A DNA stretch of 64,000 nt from a bacterium (GTDB taxonomy: Bacteria > Patescibacteriota > Minisyncoccia > UBA6257 > 02-FULL-45-10c), in NCBI GenBank assembly GCA_021786945.1, contig JAJYMK010000003.1, positions 151,299-215,298 of the forward strand. Reading direction: 5' to 3'. Every line of letters starts with the position of its first letter. Position 1 is the first letter of the stretch. The position numbers and the translations under genes are program-made. Positions 10,435 through 18,741 of the stretch are shown piece by piece. The notes below the pieces were generated by a model that made no database searches, was not told the origin of the DNA, and saw only the letters and a list, made by a program, of their open reading frames with translations.

Positions 10435-10677
10435 ATGAATGAAGTTAAACATAGAAAATTAGAAGGAGTCGTGGTTTCCGATAAGATGAATAAGACTATC
10501 GTGGTTGCGGTTGAAAGATTGAAATTGAATAGTAAGTATAAGAAATATTTTAAAACCACAACTAAATTTAAAGTTCACGACGAGAATAATGAATTTCATA
10601 CCGGCGATAAGTTGGTTATTGAAGAAACCAGGCCGATAAGTAAAGATAAAAGATGGAAAGTTGTTAAAAAGATTTAA
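10435..10677 (+). CDS. rpsQ: 30S ribosomal protein S17
   Basis: [21 protein letters not shown]...[29 protein letters not shown]: S17. Confidence 0.93.
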   Translation: MNEVKHRKLEGVVVSDKMNKTIVVAVERLKLNSKYKKYFKTTTKFKVHDENNEFHTGDKLVIEETRPISKDKRWKVVKKI

Positions 10678-10682
10678 CCTAT

Positions 10683-11051
10683 ATGATTCAAGAACGATCT
10701 ATATTAAAAGTTGCCGACAATAGCGGAGCCAAGATGGTCCGTTGTTTTAGGGTGTTGGGCGGAGGAAGAAAGAGATATGCGGAAATAGGCGATATAATTA
10801 TTGCCTCTGTTCAGAAAGCCGAACCAAGAAAAGCCGTTAAGAAAAAAGATATAGTTAAGGCCGTGGTTGTAAGAACCAGAAAAACACAGCACAGAAAAGA
10901 CGGATCTTATTACAGATTTGATGATAATGCCGTTGTTTTAATTGATGAAAAGAAAGAGCCAAAAGCTACCCGTATTTTCGGTCCTATTCCAAGAGAAATA
11001 AGAGAAAAAGGTTATGAAACTATTTTTACAATGGCCGAAGAAGTTATTTAA
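10683..11051 (+). CDS. rplN: 50S ribosomal protein L14
   Basis: [27 protein letters not shown]...: L14. Confidence 0.96.
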   Translation: MIQERSILKVADNSGAKMVRCFRVLGGGRKRYAEIGDIIIASVQKAEPRKAVKKKDIVKAVVVRTRKTQHRKDGSYYRFDDNAVVLIDEKKEPKATRIFGPIPREIREKGYETIFTMAEEVI

Positions 11052-11064
11052 TTAAATTGAAATT

Positions 11065-11370
11065 ATGAAGATTAAAAAAGGTGATACAGTAAAAATATTG
11101 ACAGGAAAAGATAGCGGTAAAACCGGTAAGATTTTGGCTATCGACACTAAAAAAGAGAAGGTTTTGGTTGAGGGTTTGAATATGTTTAAAAAACATCAGA
11201 GACCGAAACGCCAGGGCGAAAAAGGTGAAATAGTCAGCGTTGCCAGACCAATGGAAGCTTCCAATGTTTTATTGGTTTGTCCGCGTTGTGGTCAGCCTAC
11301 AAGAGTTGGATATAAGCTTGAGGGTGGTAAAAAATTAAGAACTTGTAAAAAATGCAAAAGCACGATTTAA
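11065..11370 (+). CDS. rplX: 50S ribosomal protein L24 with a C-terminal Cys4 zinc-ribbon-like extension
   Basis: KOW core (MKIKKGDTVKILTGKDSGKTGKILAID) followed by CPRCGQPT...CKKCKST. Confidence 0.88.
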   Translation: MKIKKGDTVKILTGKDSGKTGKILAIDTKKEKVLVEGLNMFKKHQRPKRQGEKGEIVSVARPMEASNVLLVCPRCGQPTRVGYKLEGGKKLRTCKKCKSTI

Positions 11371-11846
11371 ATAACAAATTAGAAAAAGCTGTTGTGAATG
11401 TCGGAATTGGAAGGCTTACCCAGCAGCCTAATTTTGAGGACAAAGTTTTACCTGAAATAATCAAGGAAATTACCGCTATTACTGGCCAAAAACCAGCCTC
11501 TAGACCGGCTATGAAATCTATAGCAGGATTTAAATTGAGACAGGGAACAGTTGTTGGCCTTAAGACAACTTTGAGAGGAAAGTATATGGATTCCTTAATC
11601 AGTAAAATCGTAAATGTAACCTTGCCTCGTGTAAGAGATTTCAGGGGTATTGATATATCCGGTATAGATAAAAACGGAAATTTAAATTTTGGTTTTAAGG
11701 AACACTTGGTTTTTCCGGAAATTTCTCCGGAGCAGACCAAAGTAAACTTTGGAATTCAAATAACTTTGGTTCCGAAAAATCCTATAAAATCAAAAGAAGC
11801 TGCCGTCGAATTTTATAAAAAAATTGGAATTCCATTTAAGAAATAA
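11352..11846 (+). CDS. rplE: 50S ribosomal protein L5
   Basis: [15 protein letters not shown]...[30 protein letters not shown]: L5. It overlaps the end of rplX by 19 nt. Confidence 0.92.
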   Translation: MQKHDLNNKLEKAVVNVGIGRLTQQPNFEDKVLPEIIKEITAITGQKPASRPAMKSIAGFKLRQGTVVGLKTTLRGKYMDSLISKIVNVTLPRVRDFRGIDISGIDKNGNLNFGFKEHLVFPEISPEQTKVNFGIQITLVPKNPIKSKEAAVEFYKKIGIPFKK

Positions 11847-11851
11847 AAATT

Positions 11852-12037
11852 ATGGCTAAAACATCAGTAGTAGCAAGATCAAAAAAGAAAGCTAAATATA
11901 CTTCGCGTATCGTGAGAAGATGTTTCAGGTGCGGAAGGAAGCATGGCTATATGAGAGAGTTTGGAATTTGCAGGATTTGTTTTAGAGAATTGGCTGGTCG
12001 TGGAGAAATACCGGGAATTAAGAAGGCTTCTTGGTAA
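11852..12037 (+). CDS. rpsN: 30S ribosomal protein S14 type Z (zinc-binding, 61 aa)
   Basis: [38 protein letters not shown]: S14 type Z. Confidence 0.95.
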   Translation: MAKTSVVARSKKKAKYTSRIVRRCFRCGRKHGYMREFGICRICFRELAGRGEIPGIKKASW

Positions 12038-12068
12038 AATAAATTTCAGCTCACTATAAATAATCAAT

Positions 12069-12452
12069 ATGTATACAGACTTATTAGTAAAAATTAAAAA
12101 TGCTCAAGCCGTAAAAAGCGAAACCGTAAAATCGCCATATTCCATAATGGACAAGGCTATTTTGGATATTCTTGAAAAGAAGAATTTTGTTGGAACGGTT
12201 GAAGTGAAGGGAAGGGCCCCGAAGAAAGTTTTGGATATAAATTTAAAATATGATACTGCCGGTAAAGGTGTTATCAGCGGTGTAAAGATTTTGAGCAAGC
12301 CATCCAGACATTTATATGTTGGTTATGAAGAAATCAGACCCGTAAAGCAGGGATTTGGTTTATTAGTTGTTTCGACATCAAAGGGTATTATGGATGGATC
12401 TATGGCTAGAAAATCAAAATTGGGAGGCGAGCTTCTTTTCGAAATTTGGTAA
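12069..12452 (+). CDS. rpsH: 30S ribosomal protein S8
   Basis: MYTDLLVKIKNAQAVKSETVKSPYS...: S8. Confidence 0.93.
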   Translation: MYTDLLVKIKNAQAVKSETVKSPYSIMDKAILDILEKKNFVGTVEVKGRAPKKVLDINLKYDTAGKGVISGVKILSKPSRHLYVGYEEIRPVKQGFGLLVVSTSKGIMDGSMARKSKLGGELLFEIW

Positions 12453-12474
12453 TTAAGAATATTTAAATAAACAT

Positions 12475-13032
12475 ATGAGTAAAATAGGAAAAAAACCAAT
12501 AATGATTCCAGAAAATATCTCCGTTAAAATAGACGGATCTGTTTTGGAAATCTCTTCGAAAGACGGAAAGAAGGTGGCTAAGATAAACATTTTGCCGAAT
12601 ATTGAGGTTAAAGTTGAAGAAAATCAGCTTATATTTAAGGCTCTTAATGATGATCAGCAAACTAGAGCCAATTGGGGAACAATAAGGGCTTTGGCTCAGA
12701 ATGCTGTTTCCGGAATAAAGGAAGATTTCAAAAAAGTTTTGGAATTCAATGGAGTAGGTTTTAGGGCAAACGTTGAAGGTAAGACTCTGGTTTTGAACAT
12801 TGGTTTTTCTCATCCGGTTAAGTTTGAAATTCCTAATGGAATTACAATTACCGTAGAAAAAAGCAATATAAATATTTCGGGAATGGATAAATATTTAGTG
12901 GGTCAGGTTGCTACTAAGATCAGAGCTTTGAAGAAACCTAATCCGTATAGAGGAACCGGAATCAAATATAAAGAAGAAGTCATCAGAAGAAAGGCCGGTA
13001 AGAAAGCAACCAGCGGAGCTGCTGCCGCCTAG
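12475..13032 (+). CDS. rplF: 50S ribosomal protein L6
   Basis: MSKIGKKPIMIPENISVKIDGSVLEISS...: L6 two-domain pattern. Confidence 0.93.
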   Translation: MSKIGKKPIMIPENISVKIDGSVLEISSKDGKKVAKINILPNIEVKVEENQLIFKALNDDQQTRANWGTIRALAQNAVSGIKEDFKKVLEFNGVGFRANVEGKTLVLNIGFSHPVKFEIPNGITITVEKSNINISGMDKYLVGQVATKIRALKKPNPYRGTGIKYKEEVIRRKAGKKATSGAAAA

Positions 13033-13053
13033 TAATTAATATTTTTTAAAATT

Positions 13054-13410
13054 ATGGCAAATATTAAAGAAAAAAATAGAAAAGAGGAAAGGAGGCGCAT
13101 CAGAAATAAAGCTAAAATTTTTGGCACGGCTATAAAACCGAGACTTTCTATTTTTAGGAGTAATTTGTATACATATGCTCAGCTTATTGATGACAATACC
13201 GGAAAAACTTTGGCTTCAGCTTCAACTAAAGAATTGGGAAAGAAAAAGATGAAAAAAGCCGAGCAGGCTAAGGAGTTGGGGATGTTGATAGCCGAAAAGG
13301 CCAAGAAAGCAAATATTAAAGAAGCTGTTTTTAATAAAGGTCCATATCTTTATCACGGCAGAGTAAAAGCTGTTGCTGATGGAGCCAGGGATGGCGGAAT
13401 TAAAATATAG
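13054..13410 (+). CDS. rplR: 50S ribosomal protein L18
   Basis: ...PRLSIFRSNLYTYAQLIDDNTGKTLASAST...: L18. Confidence 0.9.
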   Translation: MANIKEKNRKEERRRIRNKAKIFGTAIKPRLSIFRSNLYTYAQLIDDNTGKTLASASTKELGKKKMKKAEQAKELGMLIAEKAKKANIKEAVFNKGPYLYHGRVKAVADGARDGGIKI

Positions 13411-13414
13411 GTTT

Positions 13415-13945
13415 ATGGATAACAATAATACAAAAAATACAAATACCAATAGTAATTTTAGGAATCCAAGATTTGGAGGAAGAAGGCCGAATACTTTTAA
13501 GAGAGAAAAACCGAAAGATGATTTCAGGGAAAAAGTTTTGGATCTCAGAAGAGTTACACGTGTGGTTGCCGGAGGTAAAAGATTCCGTTTTAGGACAACT
13601 TTGATTATAGGAGATGAAAAAGGTAATGTTGGCGTTGGTTTGGGTAAGGGAGTAGATGTTCAGGCTTCTATTGAAAAAGCTAAAATTGATGCCAGAAAAA
13701 ATCTTATTAAAATAAATTTGAAAGGAAGGACGATTGCCCATGAGATTGAGGCAAAATTCAGTGCCGCTAATATTAGAATTAAACCAGCAAAAGAAGGAAA
13801 CGGTCTTAAGGCCGGTGGAGCTGTCCGTGTAGTTCTGGCTTTGGCTGGAGTTAAAGATGCCACTGCAAAATGTCTTGGAAGGACTCCGAATAAGCTGACT
13901 AACGCTTTGGCCACTATTGAGGCTTTGAAAAAATTAAAAGCTTAA
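13415..13945 (+). CDS. rpsE: 30S ribosomal protein S5 with an Asn/Thr-rich N-terminal extension
   Basis: S5 core (VLDLRRVTRVVAGGKRFRFRTTLIIGDEKGNVGVGLGKGVDV). The ORF track starts at 13373, which overlaps rplR. I prefer the ATG at 13415, immediately after the rplR stop. Confidence 0.88.
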   Translation: MDNNNTKNTNTNSNFRNPRFGGRRPNTFKREKPKDDFREKVLDLRRVTRVVAGGKRFRFRTTLIIGDEKGNVGVGLGKGVDVQASIEKAKIDARKNLIKINLKGRTIAHEIEAKFSAANIRIKPAKEGNGLKAGGAVRVVLALAGVKDATAKCLGRTPNKLTNALATIEALKKLKA

Positions 13946-13949
13946 AAAT

Positions 13950-14357
13950 ATGCAGTTACACAATATATCCATAAAAAATAAAAGAGAAAAAAGAGTTGCT
14001 CGTGGAGGAAAACGAGGTACTACTGGCGGAAGAGGAACTAAGGGACAGAAGTCCCGTTCCGGACACAGAATTCGTCCGGCCCAAAGAGATCTTTTGATTA
14101 GGATTCCAAAATTGAGGGGTTATAGGAATAAACCCAAATCTGATTTTAATTTAGTTTTGCATTTATCCGATTTGGAAAAAATTAAAGGCGATGTGATAAA
14201 CAGAGCTACCTTGATGACCCATTTTGGAAAAAAATTTAAAGAAGAAATAAAGATTTTGGATATTGGCGAAATTAAAAAGCCTGTTAAAATTGAAGGTGTT
14301 AAAATTTCTAAATCAGCTAAAGAAAAAATTGAAAAAGCCGGAGGAAGTGTTAAGTAA
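13950..14357 (+). CDS. rplO: 50S ribosomal protein L15 (directly after S5; no L30 gene)
   Basis: ...ARGGKRGTTGGRGTKGQKSRSGHRIRP...: L15. Confidence 0.93.
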   Translation: MQLHNISIKNKREKRVARGGKRGTTGGRGTKGQKSRSGHRIRPAQRDLLIRIPKLRGYRNKPKSDFNLVLHLSDLEKIKGDVINRATLMTHFGKKFKEEIKILDIGEIKKPVKIEGVKISKSAKEKIEKAGGSVK

Positions 14358-14372
14358 TTTTAAAAATTATAC

Positions 14373-15641
14373 ATGGAAAAATTAATCCAAATTTTTAAAA
14401 ATCCTGATATCAGAAAAAAAATATTAATAGTTGCTTCATTGCTTTTGGTTTCAAGAATTTTTGCCACAATTCCTATTCCGAGTGTTGATTTACTTAAACT
14501 AAAAATGTTCTTAAGCTCCAGTCAGCTTTTGGGTTTTTTGGATATGTTTTCTGGCGGTTCTTTAGGAAAACTTTCTATTGTAATGTTGGGAGTTGGTCCT
14601 TATATTACAGCCACTATTATAATGCAGCTTTTGACCATGATTTTTCCTAATCTTAAAGAGATTTATTATGAACAAGGAGAAATGGGCAGGGCTAAATTCA
14701 ATAGAATTTCCCGATACATTACTGTGCCATTAGCTGCTTTACAAGGATATGGTTTTTTGAATCTTTTAAAATCCCAGCAGATTTTAACCATGACATCTCC
14801 TTTTGATATTGTAAGAAATGTAGTTATTATTACTGCCGGATCTATGTTTTTTGTGTGGCTTGGAGAAATTATTTCTGAGCAAAAAATAGGTAACGGAGTT
14901 TCTTTGTTGATTTTTGCCGGTATTGTCGACAGATTGCCGACAACTATAAAAACCTTACTTCTTAATTATTCTCCCAGTCAGATTCCGACTTATTTGTTAT
15001 TTTTGGCTCTTAGCGTAGTCGTTATTGCCGGTGTGGTATTTATTAATGAAGGCGAAAGAAAAATTCCAGTTTCTTATTCCAGAAGAGTAAGGGGCAATAA
15101 AATGTATGGGGGAGTTTCGACGTATCTACCTTTAAGAGTAAATCAGGCTGGCGTTATACCCATAATTTTTGCTATTTCTCTTTTGCTTTTACCTCAGTTT
15201 TTGGCTCAGGCCTCGGCTTTGATTTCTTCGGATTTTTCATTGAAATTCAATAGCCTGGTAAATAGCTTCATGAATGATATGGTTGTTTACTCTATAGTTT
15301 ATTTTGTTTTAGTCGTTGCCTTTACTTATTTTTATACCGCCGTTACCTTTGATCCCGCAGAGATTTCTAAGAATTTGCAAAGAAGCGGGGGATTTATTCC
15401 CGGAATAAGACCAGGCGACCCGTCCGGAATTTATTTGAATAAGGTTATTAATCGAATAACACTTTTCGGAGCTTTCTTTCTTGGCGTAATAGCTATTTTG
15501 CCTAATTTGGTAAGCATGACCACCGGAATAAGCGCTTTAACCTTGGGAGGTACCAGTTTGCTTATCGTTGTTTCTGTTGCATTAGAAGTTGAGAAGCAGA
15601 TAAATTCTCATTTGGTAATGAGGGAGTACGATACAATTTAA
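14373..15641 (+). CDS. secY: Preprotein translocase subunit SecY
   Basis: 422 aa and polytopic (10 TM). Follows rplO as in the spc operon. Confidence 0.92.
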   Translation: MEKLIQIFKNPDIRKKILIVASLLLVSRIFATIPIPSVDLLKLKMFLSSSQLLGFLDMFSGGSLGKLSIVMLGVGPYITATIIMQLLTMIFPNLKEIYYEQGEMGRAKFNRISRYITVPLAALQGYGFLNLLKSQQILTMTSPFDIVRNVVIITAGSMFFVWLGEIISEQKIGNGVSLLIFAGIVDRLPTTIKTLLLNYSPSQIPTYLLFLALSVVVIAGVVFINEGERKIPVSYSRRVRGNKMYGGVSTYLPLRVNQAGVIPIIFAISLLLLPQFLAQASALISSDFSLKFNSLVNSFMNDMVVYSIVYFVLVVAFTYFYTAVTFDPAEISKNLQRSGGFIPGIRPGDPSGIYLNKVINRITLFGAFFLGVIAILPNLVSMTTGISALTLGGTSLLIVVSVALEVEKQINSHLVMREYDTI

Positions 15642-15645
15642 TTTA

Positions 15646-15676
15646 TTAAAACCCCGCTAAGCGGGGTTTTTTGTTA
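15646..15676 (+). terminator. Rho-independent terminator after secY
   Basis: AAAACCCCGCtaaGCGGGGTTTTTTG. Confidence 0.7.
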
Positions 15677-15828
15677 TAATAAATAAAGAGATTGCAAATT
15701 CCGCGCACAACAAAGATAACAAAATTTGTATATGTGCGGTAAATATTAATAAGTCGTTTTAAATTAATAATTAATAAAAAAAACAAAGAACGAGAAAGTT
15801 TTAGTTTCAAGTCTTTGTTATTTGTAGA

Positions 15829-16506
15829 ATGAAAAAAGTTGTTTTATTTTATGGTGCTCCAGGTTCCGGTAAGGGAACTCAGGCTGATTTATTGGCGAAA
15901 AATTATGGATTTTATCATTTTGATACCGGCAAAAATATAGAGCAGACGGTTAACGACCCGGAAAATCTAAAAGATGAAAATATCAGAAAGGAAAAAGAAA
16001 TTTTTGATTCAGGAAAACTCAATACGCCTTCCTGGGTTTTGAACGATGTGGTTATTAAGAAAACTCAGAATTTGGCTAAGGCTGGTGTAAGACTTGTCTT
16101 TAGCGGTTCTCCCAGAACTCTTTTTGAGGCTTTTGGCGATGAAAAGCAGATTGGCCTTATAAAAACTTTAGAGAATTTATACGGAAAAGAAAATATTGGA
16201 ATTATGTATATTGAGGTTAAGCCGGAAACATCCGTTTTTAGAAATAGTAATAGATTGGTTTGTTCGGTTTGTGGAGCGCCGGTATTATATAAAGAAAATG
16301 GATTAACAACTTGTCCTTTTTGTGACGCACCTTTAAGAAAAAGAAGTCTCGATAATCCCGAAACCATAAAAGTAAGGCTCGAGGAGTATAAAAATAGAAC
16401 TCAGCCGATTATCGAAAAATTGAAAGAGCAGGGCTATGAAATAAACATGATCGATGGAGAGCCTGAGCCTTATAAAGTTTTTGAACAAATAAAAAATAGA
16501 ATCTAG
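15829..16506 (+). CDS. adk: Adenylate kinase (zinc-lid type)
   Basis: The P-loop GAPGSGKGTQA is present, and the Zn lid has four Cys (CSVCG...CPFCD). Confidence 0.93.
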   Translation: MKKVVLFYGAPGSGKGTQADLLAKNYGFYHFDTGKNIEQTVNDPENLKDENIRKEKEIFDSGKLNTPSWVLNDVVIKKTQNLAKAGVRLVFSGSPRTLFEAFGDEKQIGLIKTLENLYGKENIGIMYIEVKPETSVFRNSNRLVCSVCGAPVLYKENGLTTCPFCDAPLRKRSLDNPETIKVRLEEYKNRTQPIIEKLKEQGYEINMIDGEPEPYKVFEQIKNRI

Positions 16507-16508
16507 AA

Positions 16509-17267
16509 GTGCTTATTAAAACTCCAGAACAAATAAAAAAGATTAAAATTTCCGGAAAGATATTGGCTAGTGTGGCAAAAGAACTTAAGAAAAATATTGC
16601 GGAGGGCGTTGTTTTGAAGGATTTGGATATATTGGCCAGGAAATTGATTGAAGAGGCTGGTGCCGAACCGGCATTTTTGGGCTATCAGCCGCACGGAGCG
16701 GATCATCCATTTCCGGCCTCAATTTGCGCTTCTTTAAATGAGGTTGTGGTTCACGGTATTCCCAATAAATACAAACTTAAATCCGGAGATATTTTGAAGC
16801 TCGACTTTGGGGTGAGCTACCAAGGCTTTATAACAGATTCAGCTTTTACTATTGGAGTTGGGAAGATTTCCGGTGAAGCTCAAAAATTAATGGATGTTAC
16901 CAAACATTCTTTGATGCTTGGTATAAAAGAGTGCCGCGCCGGAAAAACATTGGGGGATATTGGCTGGGCAATAAATAATTATGTTCAAAAAAATGGATTC
17001 AAGGTTGTGAAGGGTCTTTGCGGCCATGGGGTGGGCATAGAACTTCACGAAGAGCCATCAGTATTTAATGAGGGTCAGAAAAATACCGGTTTAGAGCTTA
17101 GGCCGGGAATGGTACTGGCCTTGGAACCAATGGTCTCGGCGGGGGATCCGTATATAGTTCAGACTGAACAGGAAAGTTATGCTACAAGAGATGGCAGTCT
17201 TTCCGCACATTTTGAACACACAGTGCTTATTACCGAGAGAAATCCCGAGATATTGACAAATTTTTAA
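16509..17267 (+). CDS. map: Methionine aminopeptidase type I (GTG start)
   Basis: Pita-bread fold motifs: ...VHGIPN..., DFGVSYQGFITD, and metal ligands in GHGVGIELHEEP. Confidence 0.92.
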   Translation: MLIKTPEQIKKIKISGKILASVAKELKKNIAEGVVLKDLDILARKLIEEAGAEPAFLGYQPHGADHPFPASICASLNEVVVHGIPNKYKLKSGDILKLDFGVSYQGFITDSAFTIGVGKISGEAQKLMDVTKHSLMLGIKECRAGKTLGDIGWAINNYVQKNGFKVVKGLCGHGVGIELHEEPSVFNEGQKNTGLELRPGMVLALEPMVSAGDPYIVQTEQESYATRDGSLSAHFEHTVLITERNPEILTNF

Positions 17268-17281
17268 AAAAGACGTATTAT
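17253..17281 (+). promoter_or_regulatory. Near-consensus sigma70 promoter overlapping the 3' end of map
   Basis: TTGACA at 17253-17258, 17-nt spacer, TATTAT at 17276-17281. Confidence 0.55.
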
Positions 17282-17287
17282 TTATTT

Positions 17288-17465
17288 CAGAACGTTTTAG
17301 AGCGACTGCTATCATAGCTTAAGGGCACTCCTACGGCGGCAGGGGTTTTCACCTCCGTGGTTCTCCTGACCGAAACCACAACCCTTAAATTCCGGGAATT
17401 ATCCGTAGGCAATACGGAATAGTCGCTCCAATATTTACTCCCTGGCAACAACAGGGAGTTTTTAT
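17288..17465 (+). ncRNA. Candidate structured small RNA of about 175 nt (unclassified), with its own promoter and terminator
   Basis: A GC-rich, ORF-free segment in an AT-rich genome. AGCGACU at 17301-17307 pairs with AGUCGCU at 17421-17427 as a closing stem. Internal hairpins: GCUAucaUAGC, UUAAGGG...CCCUUAA, AAUUCcggGAAUU and CCGUAggcaaUACGG. It ends in the terminator ACTCCCTGgcaacaaCAGGGAGTTTTT (17438-17465). Confidence 0.5.
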
Positions 17466-17504
17466 TCCAAAAAACAATAAAATTTGATATAATTTTAACG
17501 ATAT

Positions 17505-18254
17505 ATGCCAAAACCTTTTTTATCCGTAATTATTCCGGCTTATAATGAAGCAAAGCGATTACCGCTTACTTTAATCGATATCGATAAACATTTGGATGAG
17601 CAGGAATATTCTTATGAAATTATTGTAGTAAACGATGGATCTACCGACGATACCGCCGAAATTGTTACAAGATTCTTGCCTTTAATAAATAATTTAAGAC
17701 TGATAGATAATAAAGAAAATAAAGGTAAGGGCGCGGTTGTTCGTCAGGGAATGCTGGAATCCAAGGGATTATGGCGTCTATTTATGGATGCCGATAATTC
17801 TACTTCCGTAGTGGAATTCAATAAAATGATTTCTTATTTCAAATCCGGATACGACGTGGTAATTGGTTCGCGTGACGTAAGGGGCGCCAGGATGATGCCC
17901 CCCCAACCTATTCATAAAAGATTTATGGGTAGATTAGGTAATCTTATTATCCAGTTGTTTTTGACTCCGGGTATTTGGGATACACAATGTGGTTTTAAGT
18001 GTTTTTCCGAGGAAGCAGCTGAGAGAGTTTTTTCTCTAACTAGGATAGATAAGTGGGGTTTTGATGCGGAGGCATTGGCTTTAGCCAAAGTTTTGGGATA
18101 TAAAATAAAAGAAATTCCGGTATTTTGGGTAAATGATATAAGAACTCACGTGAAACTTAAGGATTATTTGCAAGTATTATTTGAAACTGTTAAAGTACGT
18201 TGGTGGTTGTTACGCGATGTATATAATATTAAAAATCAAAATAAAAATTTTTAA
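17505..18254 (+). CDS. GT2 glycosyltransferase (dolichyl/polyprenyl-phosphate mannose or glucose synthase-like)
   Basis: ...SVIIPAYNEAKRL...IIVVNDGSTDDTAEI...MDADNS (DXD), typical of DPM1/GtrB-like GT2 enzymes. Confidence 0.75.
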   Translation: MPKPFLSVIIPAYNEAKRLPLTLIDIDKHLDEQEYSYEIIVVNDGSTDDTAEIVTRFLPLINNLRLIDNKENKGKGAVVRQGMLESKGLWRLFMDADNSTSVVEFNKMISYFKSGYDVVIGSRDVRGARMMPPQPIHKRFMGRLGNLIIQLFLTPGIWDTQCGFKCFSEEAAERVFSLTRIDKWGFDAEALALAKVLGYKIKEIPVFWVNDIRTHVKLKDYLQVLFETVKVRWWLLRDVYNIKNQNKNF

Positions 18255-18270
18255 AAAATAAAATAAAAAT

Positions 18271-18729
18271 ATGATGAAACAATATTTAACAAAAGAAAAA
18301 TTAGAGGAATTGAAAAATGAATTAAACGATTTGAAAACCGTAAAAAGAGTTGAAATCGCCGAAAAATTACAGAGAGCCAAAGAGCTGGGTGATCTTTCGG
18401 AGAACTCCGAATATTTTGAAGCCAGGGAAGAACAGGGCCAGATTGAGAGCCGAATTTTTGAATTAGAAGATATGCTTAAAGACGTTGAGCTTATTGATAA
18501 AACAAAAGCTACTGGAGTGGTTAAGGTTGGCTCTACAATAGAAGTTTCCAAAGCCGGTAAGAAAATGAAGTTTTGTATCGTGGGTTCCAACGAGGCTAAG
18601 CCGGAAGAAGGATTTATATCTAATGAATCTCCTTTGGGCAGGGCTTTTTTGGGCAAAAGAGAAGGAGACGTTATTACTGTTCAGGTGCCTAGCGGAAAAG
18701 TTGAATATAAAATGCTTTCTGTAGAATAA
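18271..18729 (+). CDS. greA: Transcription elongation factor GreA
   Basis: LTKEKLEELKNEL...GDLSENSEYFEAREEQGQIESRI...: GreA coiled-coil and FKBP-like domains. Confidence 0.9.
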   Translation: MMKQYLTKEKLEELKNELNDLKTVKRVEIAEKLQRAKELGDLSENSEYFEAREEQGQIESRIFELEDMLKDVELIDKTKATGVVKVGSTIEVSKAGKKMKFCIVGSNEAKPEEGFISNESPLGRAFLGKREGDVITVQVPSGKVEYKMLSVE

Positions 18730-18741
18730 GATTTATTTCGT

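Noticed and set aside
17288-17465. Calling the post-map ncRNA specifically SRP RNA, 6S RNA or a riboswitch
   Set aside because: No GGAAGCAGC-type SRP domain IV motif and no tmRNA ends. The fold looks multibranched rather than 6S-like rod. No riboswitch consensus matched by eye. Left unclassified.
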